Below are positions 35,886 to 45,997 of a stretch of DNA of 64,000 nt, one piece after another. The notes beneath the pieces are model-generated. The model did not search any database. It had not been told where the DNA came from and was given only the letters and a program-made list of their open reading frames with translations. Origin of the DNA: Candidatus Saccharimonadales bacterium (GTDB taxonomy: Bacteria; Patescibacteriota; Saccharimonadia; Saccharimonadales; 2-12-FULL-41-12). The DNA is taken from NCBI GenBank assembly GCA_041906505.1, contig JAYRJB010000004.1, forward strand, positions 6,045-70,044, in the 5' to 3' direction. A program made the translations under genes and the position numbers. Each line of letters begins with the position of its first letter. The first letter of the stretch is position 1.

Positions 35886-36670
35886 TGAAAGAAATGACCC
35901 GCAAACAATCTTGGATGGGATTCTGGACGGTCCTGCGACGAGAAATGACCCGTTTTTGGATAATTAAGCGTCAGACAATTCTTGGCCCCCTACTCGAAAC
36001 CTATCTCTATATCAGCGTGTTTGGAGCGGCACTGGGAAGCCGGATAAAGGACTTGGACGGCTACAGTTATATTGTGTTTATTATTCCTGGTCTGTTGATG
36101 ATGACGTTTGCGATTAACATGTTTTCTAACAATGCATCTTCTTTGATGCAACAAAAAATTCAGCGCGCTATCGATGATCAACTAGCTTCGCCAGTCTCGA
36201 ACACCCAACTTTTGGGCGCGTTTGCGTTGGGAGGATTTATTCGGGCATCACTAATCGTGGCAATAACCTTTACGACCGCCTGGATCCTGGTTGACGACCT
36301 GCCAATGGTTCACCCTTGGTTATTTCTGCTCAGCATGGGTCTTATTGGGCTGTTCTTTTCGATGGCAGGTGTCCTTGTCGGCTTGCGCTCGGAAAAGTTT
36401 GACGACCTCAGCTTTTATCAAACATTTGTCTTGCAACCATTGATATTTTTGGGCGGAATATTTTACTCGGCTTCCCTGCTACCCGAACCATTCCATACAC
36501 TCATACAAATAAACCCCTTGTACTACATGATCAACACGGTCCGCTATGCCATGCTCGGCAGTGCTGACGTGCAGCCGCTGATTTCCCTCAGCGCCGTCGG
36601 GGTTGCCGGACTAATTTTACTCGCCATTAACTACAAACTCTTTAATCGCGGCTACAAACTGAGAGTTTAA
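35882..36670 (+). CDS. ABC-2 type transporter permease
   Basis: 262 aa with six predicted TM helices. ATGA overlap with the ATPase gene. Confidence 0.85.
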   Translation: MMKEMTRKQSWMGFWTVLRREMTRFWIIKRQTILGPLLETYLYISVFGAALGSRIKDLDGYSYIVFIIPGLLMMTFAINMFSNNASSLMQQKIQRAIDDQLASPVSNTQLLGAFALGGFIRASLIVAITFTTAWILVDDLPMVHPWLFLLSMGLIGLFFSMAGVLVGLRSEKFDDLSFYQTFVLQPLIFLGGIFYSASLLPEPFHTLIQINPLYYMINTVRYAMLGSADVQPLISLSAVGVAGLILLAINYKLFNRGYKLRV

Positions 36671-37629
36671 GGCAATAGAGCTTGATCGACGGTGTGCGCA
36701 ACGCTGGCCACATCATTCCAACTGGCGTTTTCGCTCATGATAACCACGACGTACTTCGCCGAATTGTGCGTCACCACCGCAACATCATGCTTCACTGGAC
36801 CATCTTCGCCCGTTTTGTTGCCAACTAAGCATTCTTCGCCGCAGCCCGTGGGTATGCCCATTCGAAGCTTCTGGCTATACAAACCATCAAAGATGAGGCG
36901 ACGGGCCTTGTCGCTAAGTAGCTGTGCATTCTGAAGCCGATAGACTAAGTCGCCAACTTCTCGAGCGGTAGTCTGCTGAGCTGTGTTGCCTATCTTGGTT
37001 TTTGTAAAGCCAATATTTTGGTTGTATTTGTCGATATACTGCCAGCCAACGTAGTTCCCGACCGCTTCTCCGCAGGGATTGTCAGAGACTCGTATCATTG
37101 CCATCACGCAATCGTTAATTGTGTGTGCTCCTAAGCGACTGTTCCAGTTTTTGGCTGGTAGTTTATTTTCTAATGGTGGCAGCAAAAATAATTTGTAGAG
37201 GCTGGCCGATTGCATCCGATCGTCAGCATTAATGCTGACCATTCTTTCCGAATTTAAGTCGCGAATAAATACCGACCATTTTTGATTTTTGGGCATTGAT
37301 TTTAGCTGCGATTGGACAAAGCGGGACATTGACTCGTCTTCTCGGGCTTGTTTTGGGGCTTGCACCAGGTTGGCTTGTTCCGTCGTCTGCTCTTTTTGAG
37401 TCAGCGTCGACTCTACCCCATCGGTTCGTTGCAGAGGTGACGCATTCAGTTTTTGGTACACACCAAAAGCCCCGGCGGCAACAAGGCACACCACCAGAAA
37501 ACTGCGAGCTAGCGCCAGCAGGTTTGGACGCCGCTTGGCATAGACCACACCCGCTGATCGTTGATAATATCGAATGCGTGGACCAGTGGTGCCACGATTT
37601 TTAGTTTTCATTTTTATCTCACAAAGCAA
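36667..37629 (-). CDS. membrane-anchored serine hydrolase, class A beta-lactamase/PBP-like fold
   Basis: N-terminal TM anchor. SxxK (ASLYK), SDN (VSDNP) and KTG (NKTGEDG) motifs in canonical order. Confidence 0.7.
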   Translation of the reverse strand: MLCEIKMKTKNRGTTGPRIRYYQRSAGVVYAKRRPNLLALARSFLVVCLVAAGAFGVYQKLNASPLQRTDGVESTLTQKEQTTEQANLVQAPKQAREDESMSRFVQSQLKSMPKNQKWSVFIRDLNSERMVSINADDRMQSASLYKLFLLPPLENKLPAKNWNSRLGAHTINDCVMAMIRVSDNPCGEAVGNYVGWQYIDKYNQNIGFTKTKIGNTAQQTTAREVGDLVYRLQNAQLLSDKARRLIFDGLYSQKLRMGIPTGCGEECLVGNKTGEDGPVKHDVAVVTHNSAKYVVVIMSENASWNDVASVAHTVDQALLP

Positions 37630-37787
37630 CCCGCATCTTACGGCGAACTACTTATTTTATTTTTGGTAAGTCTTTTTGGCTTTTTGCGTGTCTCTACCTA
37701 AAAACCTATCACAATTAAAGCATACTTTGCAAGAAGTTTTTTATGTGTACAAACTTATTTAATTGAATTGATTATTTTTGCACGCAG

Positions 37788-38438
37788 CTACCAGCTGTAT
37801 ACAATATTTTTCATGATTTCCACCACTGTTTTATGGTCTGGGATTGTGTTGTCGTCATAGTAATGGTCGGTCCCGAAATAATTCTCTAAAATTGATAAAC
37901 AAAATATTTGATCAGCCAACACGTGCATGCGGTCAGTTGCAGCAATGCTGGCAAGTGGGGTCGCAACAACAATTTTGCGAACCGCAATTGGTTTTAAATA
38001 ATCTGCCGCCACATCAAGTGACATTCCCGTCCCCAGCCCGTCGGACACCAAAATTACGGCATGGCGTTTGAGCAATGCGCGTTTTACTTCGCCGTCTTTA
38101 CCAATAATACGATTGATCTTGCGGAACGCTTCCAGACTGGCCTGGTCAATAATAGAATGGTAGTCAGTCTTAAAGCTTTCGAGTTGGCCTGGAGATAGGT
38201 GTGAGCCATAGGTTAGGCCTTGGGTACTCATGGTTGCGATTGGCGAGGGGTCTTCTGGAATTCGAATATCTTCGGTCGCAAGCAAAAAAAGCGCACTGTG
38301 AAGCTGCTTGGCAATTTCCGCCCCAACCACTACCGCACCCTCGCTGAGCGCCAATACCACATTGTTTTCCTTGGCCAGCTCGGTCATTTTTTCTGCAAGC
38401 AATGCCCCGGCTTGCGTTCGGTCTTTGAAGTATTGCAT
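37788..38438 (-). CDS. phosphoribosyltransferase-family protein
   Basis: 216 aa. PRPP-binding-loop-like VILVSDGLGTGMS, and an overall layout like the standalone putative PRTases. Confidence 0.65.
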   Translation of the reverse strand: MQYFKDRTQAGALLAEKMTELAKENNVVLALSEGAVVVGAEIAKQLHSALFLLATEDIRIPEDPSPIATMSTQGLTYGSHLSPGQLESFKTDYHSIIDQASLEAFRKINRIIGKDGEVKRALLKRHAVILVSDGLGTGMSLDVAADYLKPIAVRKIVVATPLASIAATDRMHVLADQIFCLSILENYFGTDHYYDDNTIPDHKTVVEIMKNIVYSW

Positions 38439-38473
38439 GTATTTCTAAGCCCCAGTGTAGCAAACCCGCGCCA

Positions 38474-39193
38474 CTATTTGAGCAAAGTAAGCACGTAGAA
38501 TCGCTCGGTGTTTCCTTTTTCCCCAGCTACCTTGCTGTCCGCCTTATCACGGATTTTGTAGCTGTTTTTTACCCACGACTCGAAGTCTTTCAACACCGCT
38601 CGACGAAGCGACTCGTTTTTGATCACACCTTTGTGCTTTGTCTGCTCGCCAACCTCAAATTGGGGCTTTACCATTGCCGCTACAACTGTCTTTGGAGAAA
38701 TGAGTATCGGAAGATGGCATAGAATTTCTCTGATACTAATAAACGACACGTCGATAAGCACTATATCTGGGTGTGTTGAGGTGTGCTTGATGTCTCGGAT
38801 ATCAGTTTGTTCGTGAAGTTCAATACGCACATCGGTTCGCAGCGAGGGGTGTAGCTGATTTGTACCGACATCGACGGCAATTACCTTCTTTGCGCCATGA
38901 GTGAGTGCAAACTGAGTAAATCCTCCGGTACTGCTGCCCACATCTAGCACTGTTTTGTCGATAAAATCCAGCTGCAAGCTATCTGCGACCGATGCCAGCT
39001 TAAGTCCTGCCCGCGACACGTACTGCGTACCAACATCGAGTCGAATTTCTGCCTGCGGTTGCACAAAAACGCCCGGTTTAGTCGCCACTTGCCCATTAAG
39101 CCGTACTTTTCCGAGACGAACATAACTTTCGGCTTGGCTGCGTGTACGGACCAAGCCGCGCTGAACCATCAACGCATCAAGTCGAATCTTCAT
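38474..39193 (-). CDS. tlyA: TlyA-family rRNA (cytidine-2'-O)-methyltransferase
   Basis: Start at MKIRLDALMVQRGL (S4 domain). FtsJ-like SAM motif VLDVGSSTGGFT. Confidence 0.85.
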   Translation of the reverse strand: MKIRLDALMVQRGLVRTRSQAESYVRLGKVRLNGQVATKPGVFVQPQAEIRLDVGTQYVSRAGLKLASVADSLQLDFIDKTVLDVGSSTGGFTQFALTHGAKKVIAVDVGTNQLHPSLRTDVRIELHEQTDIRDIKHTSTHPDIVLIDVSFISIREILCHLPILISPKTVVAAMVKPQFEVGEQTKHKGVIKNESLRRAVLKDFESWVKNSYKIRDKADSKVAGEKGNTERFYVLTLLK

Positions 39194-39197
39194 CAGC

Positions 39198-39764
39198 TTA
39201 GTCCTTTTTGCGTTCTCGATACGCGCCAGTTGCCGTATCAACGCTCACCACGTCGCCGGTTTTAATAAAAGCGGGCACTTTGACAATTGCGCCAGTTTCC
39301 AGAGTTGCGTCCTTCGTAATCGAAGAGCTGGTGTCGCCCTTGACAGCATCTTCGGTATACGTCACCTCGAGGTATACATTTTTTGGCAATTCAACGTTAA
39401 TAATTTGATTGTTAAAGATCTGAACTTGCACTCTGTCACCATCTCTTAGATATGCTTGTTGGTCGCCAACGATGTCCTCGGCTACCTCATGTTGGTCAAA
39501 ACTTTCTTCGTTCATAAAGTAAAAAGTTGCGCCATCGCGATACAAATACTGAGCGTTGGCATTGGTTACATCGGCCGAATCTAGTTGATCGCTACCTTTA
39601 AAAGTTTTGTCGAGCACTCGGCCATCAATAAGACTTTTGATCTTCACGTTTACAATCGAACCACCTCGCCCCATGACCTTCTGACCATATTCAATTACTC
39701 GATATGGTGTGCCCTCGAGCTGGAAAACAGTGCCTTTTTTTAGTTCGGTGATAGAAAATGCCAT
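39198..39764 (-). CDS. efp: elongation factor P
   Basis: 188 aa. ELKKGTVFQLEGTPYRVIEY, three-domain length. The tip loop reads VMGRGGS. Confidence 0.92.
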   Translation of the reverse strand: MAFSITELKKGTVFQLEGTPYRVIEYGQKVMGRGGSIVNVKIKSLIDGRVLDKTFKGSDQLDSADVTNANAQYLYRDGATFYFMNEESFDQHEVAEDIVGDQQAYLRDGDRVQVQIFNNQIINVELPKNVYLEVTYTEDAVKGDTSSSITKDATLETGAIVKVPAFIKTGDVVSVDTATGAYRERKKD

Positions 39765-39772
39765 AAAAATTG

Positions 39773-40078
39773 TTAGTAAGGATAAAACTCTCGGACCTTC
39801 CCGCCTAGTTCTATACAGTCTTTCATAAACCTATCAGTGTGACGAAAATCCATAATTTGATCGCCGTGACCACGGATTTGCTGTAGCGCACCCATAACAC
39901 TACCGATTCTCTGCTCGATGTTAATCCTATGTCGTTTTACTTTGACGTCAGTCACGAGCTGCTCAATTTCGCTGAGTAGCCGCTTGCCGTAAGGGTGCTG
40001 CGCATCATCGATCAGATCGTGAACATGATATTTCAACCTGTCGACAAGCTGCACAATCTCCAAATGATCCTTGCTCAT
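39773..40078 (-). CDS. hypothetical helical protein
   Basis: 101-aa ORF, same strand and tightly packed between rpsR and efp. No motif recognised. Confidence 0.5.
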   Translation of the reverse strand: MSKDHLEIVQLVDRLKYHVHDLIDDAQHPYGKRLLSEIEQLVTDVKVKRHRINIEQRIGSVMGALQQIRGHGDQIMDFRHTDRFMKDCIELGGKVREFYPY

Positions 40079-40135
40079 CGTACTTACTATGTTAGTACCA
40101 ATTGTAGTGAAATGAAAACTACCTTCGGGGTAGGT

Positions 40136-40339
40136 TTAGTTGTGAGCCACAAACGGCAGCAAGGCGAGATGTCGTGCCCGCTTAATCGCTCGCGCGAGTC
40201 GCTTTTGCTCTGTTTCGCTAAGACCGGTTTTTTTTCGCGTCTCGATTTGTCCGTATTGGTTGACATAACGCTGCAAGGTTTTTACATCCTTGTAGTCAAA
40301 ATACGGTACATCAATTCTATGCTTAAAAATCTTTGCCAT
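40136..40339 (-). CDS. rpsR: 30S ribosomal protein S18
   Basis: [19 protein letters not shown]...[17 protein letters not shown]. Confidence 0.92.
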   Translation of the reverse strand: MAKIFKHRIDVPYFDYKDVKTLQRYVNQYGQIETRKKTGLSETEQKRLARAIKRARHLALLPFVAHN

Positions 40340-40421
40340 AAACTTTTTTACTCCATTCGTTACTAGTTATTGTGCCCTTTCGCTGGTTTGAAATATCAAA
40401 CAACCTAGTAGGCTTCTTTTA

Positions 40422-40889
40422 CTAAAATGGGATGTCGTCGAGGTTTATTGGCTCATCGCCAATATCTTCGACCACCACGTCTTTTTTCTTTTTTGTGCCC
40501 TTTGTCGATTCTGTTGGCTCAGCCGCTGCCGAAGCTGGACTAGAAGTATCGTTCTCGCCTCGTCCTCCCAAAAATGTCACATCTTGGGCGTTTACTTCGA
40601 CTTTGCTTCTTTTTTGGCCATCTTGTTCCCACGAACGACTCTGCAAACGACCACTTACTAGCACAGGTCGACCTTTTGTGACGTACTGTGCAACCCGTTC
40701 GCCAAGTGGCCCCCACGCAACAACATCTATATAGTCAACTGCCTCTTGCCACTCGCCGTCACTGCCTTTGTAGCTTCGATTAAGCGCAAGACTAAATGTA
40801 CATACACTTTGTCCGCTTGGAATTTGTCGTAACTCTGGATCTCTCGTAAGATTACCCATTAATATTACTTGATTAAAGCTTCGTGCCAT
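40422..40889 (-). CDS. ssb: single-stranded DNA-binding protein
   Basis: NQVILMGNLTRDPELR OB fold, acidic tail ending DDIPF, and rpsF-ssb-rpsR synteny. Confidence 0.92.
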   Translation of the reverse strand: MARSFNQVILMGNLTRDPELRQIPSGQSVCTFSLALNRSYKGSDGEWQEAVDYIDVVAWGPLGERVAQYVTKGRPVLVSGRLQSRSWEQDGQKRSKVEVNAQDVTFLGGRGENDTSSPASAAAEPTESTKGTKKKKDVVVEDIGDEPINLDDIPF

Positions 40890-40911
40890 TGTAGTAATCC
40901 CCTCTTAATTC

Positions 40912-41289
40912 TTACTCTTCTTCGGTTGCTTCATCTGATTTCTCACCTCTCACCGCGGCCTTTTTCGCCTTTTCTTCTCGAATAGCTTCGGCCTTGGCGA
41001 TTGCTTTTAGGTCTGGTCGACTTACAAGATAACGGATAACCTCGTCAGTAATGTTCAGTGTTGTCTCAACTTTTTTTACTGCTTCTGGTGGCAATTCTGC
41101 CGTGTAAAAAACATACACCGCGTAGTCATGTTTTTGTATTTGATAGGCCAGCTTCTTTTTGCCCCAATTATCAGTTTTTAGGACCTTGCCACCGTTATCT
41201 TTTATGATTTTATCGATTTTTTTTGAAACTTTTTCCAGATCTGCTTCCGAGTCTGGATGGAAAAGTATCGCTACTTCGTACTGATTCAA
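40912..41289 (-). CDS. rpsF: 30S ribosomal protein S6
   Basis: MNQYEVAILFHPD...WGKKKLAYQI, with an acidic C-terminal extension. Confidence 0.9.
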   Translation of the reverse strand: MNQYEVAILFHPDSEADLEKVSKKIDKIIKDNGGKVLKTDNWGKKKLAYQIQKHDYAVYVFYTAELPPEAVKKVETTLNITDEVIRYLVSRPDLKAIAKAEAIREEKAKKAAVRGEKSDEATEEE

Positions 41290-41372
41290 AGAATCCTCCT
41301 TTGGTTAATGCCCATACGCTGTCGTGCTTGTCTTTTGCTTTGGCACCGCTATGAACTGAGTTATTGTGGTCT

Positions 41373-42281
41373 CTATTGTACGGTAGTTACCCCTGTTTGT
41401 AAAGCGTTGAGTTGTTTTGTTACGTTGTTTCGAAAGTAACCAAAAGCATAAGCTTTTACCATTTCGCGAGCAACTTCGTGAAACGTAAATGTGCGATCTT
41501 CTGGAATGAGCCCCTCGTTTTTATAAACCCGGTGCTTGTCGTGCAACTGAACCCCGTTCACACTGTCGCAGAGCGCAATTGAAAGCATCGATTGCGCCAT
41601 TTTCATTTTTGTTTCGTTCTCAGTCTTGCGACTCAGAAATGCGTCAATATTAAATTGGTCAATAATATGTTCGAGTCCCTTTTTGGTTGCAAAATGAGAA
41701 ATAAACTTGCTGACTTCTTGCTTTGATTCGACGCGAGTTGCGGCGGCGATTTTTTGATGTTGCCGATTATTTAGATCAACTTCTACCCATTCTGAGTCAT
41801 CTGTAATTTTTAAGGCTTTTCTTGGTAGTACACCTGCCGCTGCTATAACTGTAAGCCGAAACTTTTCGTCCTCTTGATAAGGCAGAGCTGGGCCATCAAA
41901 AATCCTATGATAGCCAAGATGGTGAACGCCATATGGCACCCGTTGTATCCGCGATTTTCTGAGGGCGATGCCCCCAATATCTTGAAGGTAGGGATGACTC
42001 TCTCTATGAAACGCGTGGTGTCTGTCTGGAGGACGTAAACTTAAAAGAGCTCCGTCTTCACGAAGCTCTTCTGGAAGGATCGGCAGCGGCAATCCTGTCA
42101 TCTCACATACCGGAGTGATGGTTTCTGCCGCCACAACTTGTCCTTCCTTTTTGCAGTGTTTGTTACATATTTTAATATGCTCCTGAACAAAATTTTTGTC
42201 AACGTATATGCTTGATTTTTTGTATTTTAATCGTATCTTTTTGAGCGAATACGTAATGAAAATTCGAAATACGGCATACAC
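41373..42281 (-). CDS. hypothetical protein with His-rich motifs
   Basis: 302-aa ORF with uncertain start. Motifs RPPDRHHAFHRESHP and VPYGVHHLGYHRIF. No confident family. Confidence 0.5.
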   Translation of the reverse strand: MYAVFRIFITYSLKKIRLKYKKSSIYVDKNFVQEHIKICNKHCKKEGQVVAAETITPVCEMTGLPLPILPEELREDGALLSLRPPDRHHAFHRESHPYLQDIGGIALRKSRIQRVPYGVHHLGYHRIFDGPALPYQEDEKFRLTVIAAAGVLPRKALKITDDSEWVEVDLNNRQHQKIAAATRVESKQEVSKFISHFATKKGLEHIIDQFNIDAFLSRKTENETKMKMAQSMLSIALCDSVNGVQLHDKHRVYKNEGLIPEDRTFTFHEVAREMVKAYAFGYFRNNVTKQLNALQTGVTTVQ

Positions 42282-42431
42282 CCTACAACCGACAAATCAA
42301 CGAATCCTCATCTATAATCGGATCAAAATAAGGCCAATAGATGGTATTGTTGCGCGAAACACAATAAAAAATGACTCCAACTGTTGAACACCAAATTGAA
42401 CCCAAATTATGTTGCAACCCGGATTAGTACT

Positions 42432-44636
42432 TTATTTGGCAGCGAGCTGGTCGTGAGGCTCGTCATCTGGCATGTCATCATATACTTCGTCGCCTACGGA
42501 CGAAGCGTCTCCACCAAACACATCATCCATGCTACTAACCAGCACCTCGCGGGGCCGTGCGCCGTCCGCGGGGCCTACAATTCCCTGCTCTTCCATGCTT
42601 TCTATCAATCTTGCAGCTCGGGCATAACCAACCCGCAAACGACGCTGCAGCAAGCTTGTGCTCGCTTTGCGGCCGTCAATAACAACCTTGACTGCGTCTC
42701 GAAATAAATCATCGTCTCCATCTGCCCCCGAATCAACCACAATACCGCCCTTGCCATTAAGCTGCACTGGCATGCTCACGACTTCTTCGTCATACATTGG
42801 TGGACGTTGCTCTCGAATAAAATCAGTTATTTTGGCTGTCTCATCCTCGCCAATAAAGGCAGCTTGCACGCGTTTTGGCTTTGGCATAGAGGCGTTAATG
42901 TAGAGCATGTCACCGAGTCCCAGCAACTTTTCTGCACCACTTTGGTCCAAAATAATTCTCGACTCAACTTCTTGTGAAACGGTAAAAGAAATGCGCGCCG
43001 GAATGTTTGCCTTAATAAGTCCTGTAATGACCGTGACTCGTGGACTCTGTGTGGCCAAAATAAGGTGTATACCCGCGGCACGAGCTTTTTGAGCCAACCG
43101 TACCACTAAGGCCTCAACATCTCTGGCAGCCATCATCATCAGATCAGCAAGTTCATCAATCACAATTACAATGTATGGCATGCTGTCTTGGTCTTTTAGG
43201 TTATTGTACTCGGCAATATTGCGCTTTCCGACTCCCGCCATGGTTCGTAAGCGACGTTCCATTTCGGCAACCGCCCACTTTAGAGCGCTGATACATTTTT
43301 CCGGTTCATTGATAACTGGCGTCAGAAGATGAGGCAAGTCATTATAAGGAGTGAGTTCGACTTGTTTTGGATCAATAAGGATCAGTTTTAGATCTGACGG
43401 CGAATTGCGAAACAAAAAACTGGTAAGAATGTCGTTGATCATGACCGACTTACCAGATCCAGTTTGACCAGCGACCAGCAGGTGAGGCATTTTTGCCAAG
43501 TCACCAACCATTGGCTTCCCCACAATATCTTTGCCAATAACAAAGCTAAGTGGGCTCGTTGACGCTGACCACTCTGGCGAACTTACCACGCTGCTCATGC
43601 GTACAATTGCCGGCTTAAAGTTCGGCACCTCAATACCCACCAAACGCTTACCTGGTATTGGGGCTTCGATCCGAATCGAGTGCGCTGCAAGATCCAGCGC
43701 CAAATTATTCTCTAGTGCGGTTATTTTTGTCAGTTTTACCCCAGTTGGTGGTTTCAGTGTGTACTGGGTCACTCTTGGGCCAACGTTTGCGCCCTCCATG
43801 TCGACTGGAATATTAAAATTAGCAAATGTTTCGCGAATCGCAACCGCGTTGCCTTCGACATCACCAGCATCGGCTTTTTCTTGTTTTTGGTTGAGTAAGT
43901 TTACATCTGGAAATTTCCAGTCTGGATCGCTCGCTGCAGTCAATGCCTGGTGGTTTTCTGAAGCAGTTAGTTTTGCGGCTGTATTCTTGAGCGTTGACAA
44001 CCGAGGCGCTTCTTCACCGGTGCTTCGCTCCATCGGCACGCCTTCGTTGAGCTTGAATGAGCTCTTGGCTTTGAGCGTTTCGAGATCACTGTCTTCTTGC
44101 TTCTTACGACCAAAAACGTCACCAACTTTAAGTAGTACCTTCGGCGAAATACCAAATGACAACATAAATGTCAGCATGGCTATAACTGCAAATAACAAGC
44201 TCGCAGGAATAGTGTTGAGCGCTTGAAGTACAATTCCGCCCACAACTTCTCCAGCATGTCCGCCGTTTCCGCCGCTTAACTCAGCAGCTGAGTCCTTCTG
44301 AGCAAACGCGACGTGAAATAGGACGCTCATCGAGATGACGAACGTACTCATACTGACTAGTTTGCCAAGTGGTATCTGTCTATCTTCGCTCTTAAATTTA
44401 TGGATGCCAAAATAAAACAACGCGAGAGATGTAAAATAAGCTGCCCAACCAAGTGTCCAATAGACGCCGTTAAACATATTCACCGGCAATGGGCCGCCCG
44501 CCCCAAATCCGCCAATCAAAAGAAAAACTGCCAGAAGCATTAATATAATTGCACCGGCAAGAGGCCAGAACGTGGACTCATTTTTCGCTTCTTTATGTGC
44601 GACTTTTTTCTTTGACTGCTTTTTCTTTTTTGCCAT
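42432..44636 (-). CDS. ftsK: DNA translocase FtsK/SpoIIIE
   Basis: Four N-terminal TM helices. Motor domain with Walker A AGQTGSGKSV and Walker B IVIVIDELADLMM. C-terminal gamma wHTH (STSLLQRRLRVGYARAARLIE). Confidence 0.92.
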   Translation of the reverse strand: MAKKKKQSKKKVAHKEAKNESTFWPLAGAIILMLLAVFLLIGGFGAGGPLPVNMFNGVYWTLGWAAYFTSLALFYFGIHKFKSEDRQIPLGKLVSMSTFVISMSVLFHVAFAQKDSAAELSGGNGGHAGEVVGGIVLQALNTIPASLLFAVIAMLTFMLSFGISPKVLLKVGDVFGRKKQEDSDLETLKAKSSFKLNEGVPMERSTGEEAPRLSTLKNTAAKLTASENHQALTAASDPDWKFPDVNLLNQKQEKADAGDVEGNAVAIRETFANFNIPVDMEGANVGPRVTQYTLKPPTGVKLTKITALENNLALDLAAHSIRIEAPIPGKRLVGIEVPNFKPAIVRMSSVVSSPEWSASTSPLSFVIGKDIVGKPMVGDLAKMPHLLVAGQTGSGKSVMINDILTSFLFRNSPSDLKLILIDPKQVELTPYNDLPHLLTPVINEPEKCISALKWAVAEMERRLRTMAGVGKRNIAEYNNLKDQDSMPYIVIVIDELADLMMMAARDVEALVVRLAQKARAAGIHLILATQSPRVTVITGLIKANIPARISFTVSQEVESRIILDQSGAEKLLGLGDMLYINASMPKPKRVQAAFIGEDETAKITDFIREQRPPMYDEEVVSMPVQLNGKGGIVVDSGADGDDDLFRDAVKVVIDGRKASTSLLQRRLRVGYARAARLIESMEEQGIVGPADGARPREVLVSSMDDVFGGDASSVGDEVYDDMPDDEPHDQLAAK

Positions 44637-44778
44637 CGCGGGTTTCTACCAATTTATTGTACGATCTTCGGTGACAGAAGTACAGAACTAATCATAACAA
44701 GTTAATTGTAGCACAATTTACTACAAAAGTCAATTACTGCTTGGGTGGATTTATCCTCTTAACCAATACACTGTTTCT

Positions 44779-45921
44779 TTATTTAATGATTTCTTTGGTT
44801 AATGCACCGACTTTTCTTGGATAGGCACTGGTAAAATAATGTGTTGCCTCGGGCACTTGAATGACTTTCACTCGCCCGATAAAATCACCTTCTACATCAG
44901 TAAATATCGCTAATCTTGCCAAATAATTCGCGGCGTCTTGCCAGCTACTACCACGCAATAACTCGGAATTATCTGGACTCACGTAAGTTAATTTAGCTTC
45001 TGGCAGTCGACTCATTGCTGATGCGATGTCTGTCGACAGACCTTGCTGCTTAGCCATAGCCCTCGGCAGTTGCCAAAACTTTTGCGTAAGAGCGCGGTTG
45101 CGGCGAAGTTGAACGCCAAGAGTCTTAGGCCCAACCATTTCTTCCCACTCCTCCGGGGTATTAAAATTATCGTGCGGTTTTAGATATGGGTCCTCACTGG
45201 CTGCCGCAAATTTTGGAGCATGCCGGACTAGTTCTTTTACCATTCTGCGACCAAGCTTGAGCGCGCCAAAAGCCGATTGCCCAGGCGGATCGATTACTCC
45301 GAGCCTCTCGACATTATCAACCGCGCTGCTACGACCAATACCTAGCGCATAACGACCTCCAGTCGAAGTTCCCATATAGGTTCGGGGGTAGTAATTTTCA
45401 TCAGCAAGTGCACGACTAATAATTGCACCTGCTTTATCGAATTCACCTGTGGCAAGCGTGTGTTCCATAACTTTGGCTGGCAGTTTATCCGAAAAGCCCG
45501 ATCCAGGATTGTCGATAATCACAAAAGGCGTTTCGGGATTCATGGCTGCCACTACCGCAAACTCACGCCTGTTTCCACCGTTTGTTTCCATCGATGATGT
45601 CCAGGTGGTAATAATTGCTGTGAGCTTGTCATGATTTGTTTTCAGTTGATCCTGGTTAGCCCAATAGGTAGAGACTCGGTTTTCAGTAACTGGGTCTTCC
45701 AAAATTTGTCGACTATTTAGAAAATTGCCATAATTTTCTAAAAATCTCGCGTGGTCAACCGTCTGTACGGAAAGTGCTAATTTTGTCTTTGTTTGAACAA
45801 TTGGCATTTCCAGATCATTTGGATGAAGACTATGTGCGTATGTATCTCTAAAGGTAGTGACCTCAACAAGCTGTGGATTAGCATTAAGGTATCCGTAATC
45901 AATAGCCTCTCTTGAACTCAT
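44779..45921 (-). CDS. hypothetical protein, possible alpha/beta hydrolase
   Basis: 380-aa ORF. GxSxG-like nucleophile elbow (GTSTGG). Otherwise unrecognised. Confidence 0.5.
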   Translation of the reverse strand: MSSREAIDYGYLNANPQLVEVTTFRDTYAHSLHPNDLEMPIVQTKTKLALSVQTVDHARFLENYGNFLNSRQILEDPVTENRVSTYWANQDQLKTNHDKLTAIITTWTSSMETNGGNRREFAVVAAMNPETPFVIIDNPGSGFSDKLPAKVMEHTLATGEFDKAGAIISRALADENYYPRTYMGTSTGGRYALGIGRSSAVDNVERLGVIDPPGQSAFGALKLGRRMVKELVRHAPKFAAASEDPYLKPHDNFNTPEEWEEMVGPKTLGVQLRRNRALTQKFWQLPRAMAKQQGLSTDIASAMSRLPEAKLTYVSPDNSELLRGSSWQDAANYLARLAIFTDVEGDFIGRVKVIQVPEATHYFTSAYPRKVGALTKEIIK

Positions 45922-45997
45922 AATAGATATACTATACTGTTTTTATAGAATATTGTCAACAACTATGCTTAGGCTTGTGTTTGTTTCTTGGGCAGAT

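Noticed and set aside
36667-37629. Class A beta-lactamase-like motifs (SxxK, SDN, KTG) as an antibiotic-resistance gene
   Set aside because: The protein is membrane-anchored and has a long divergent N-terminal region. It sits among housekeeping genes with no mobile context. A cell-wall serine hydrolase or PBP-like role is at least as likely, and sequence alone cannot decide.
42384-42707. 107-aa plus-strand ORF at the ftsK 3' end, and the 150-nt gap upstream of it
   Set aside because: It mostly overlaps the ftsK C-terminal coding region in antisense, and no motif was found. The gap shows no tRNA or structured-RNA signature.
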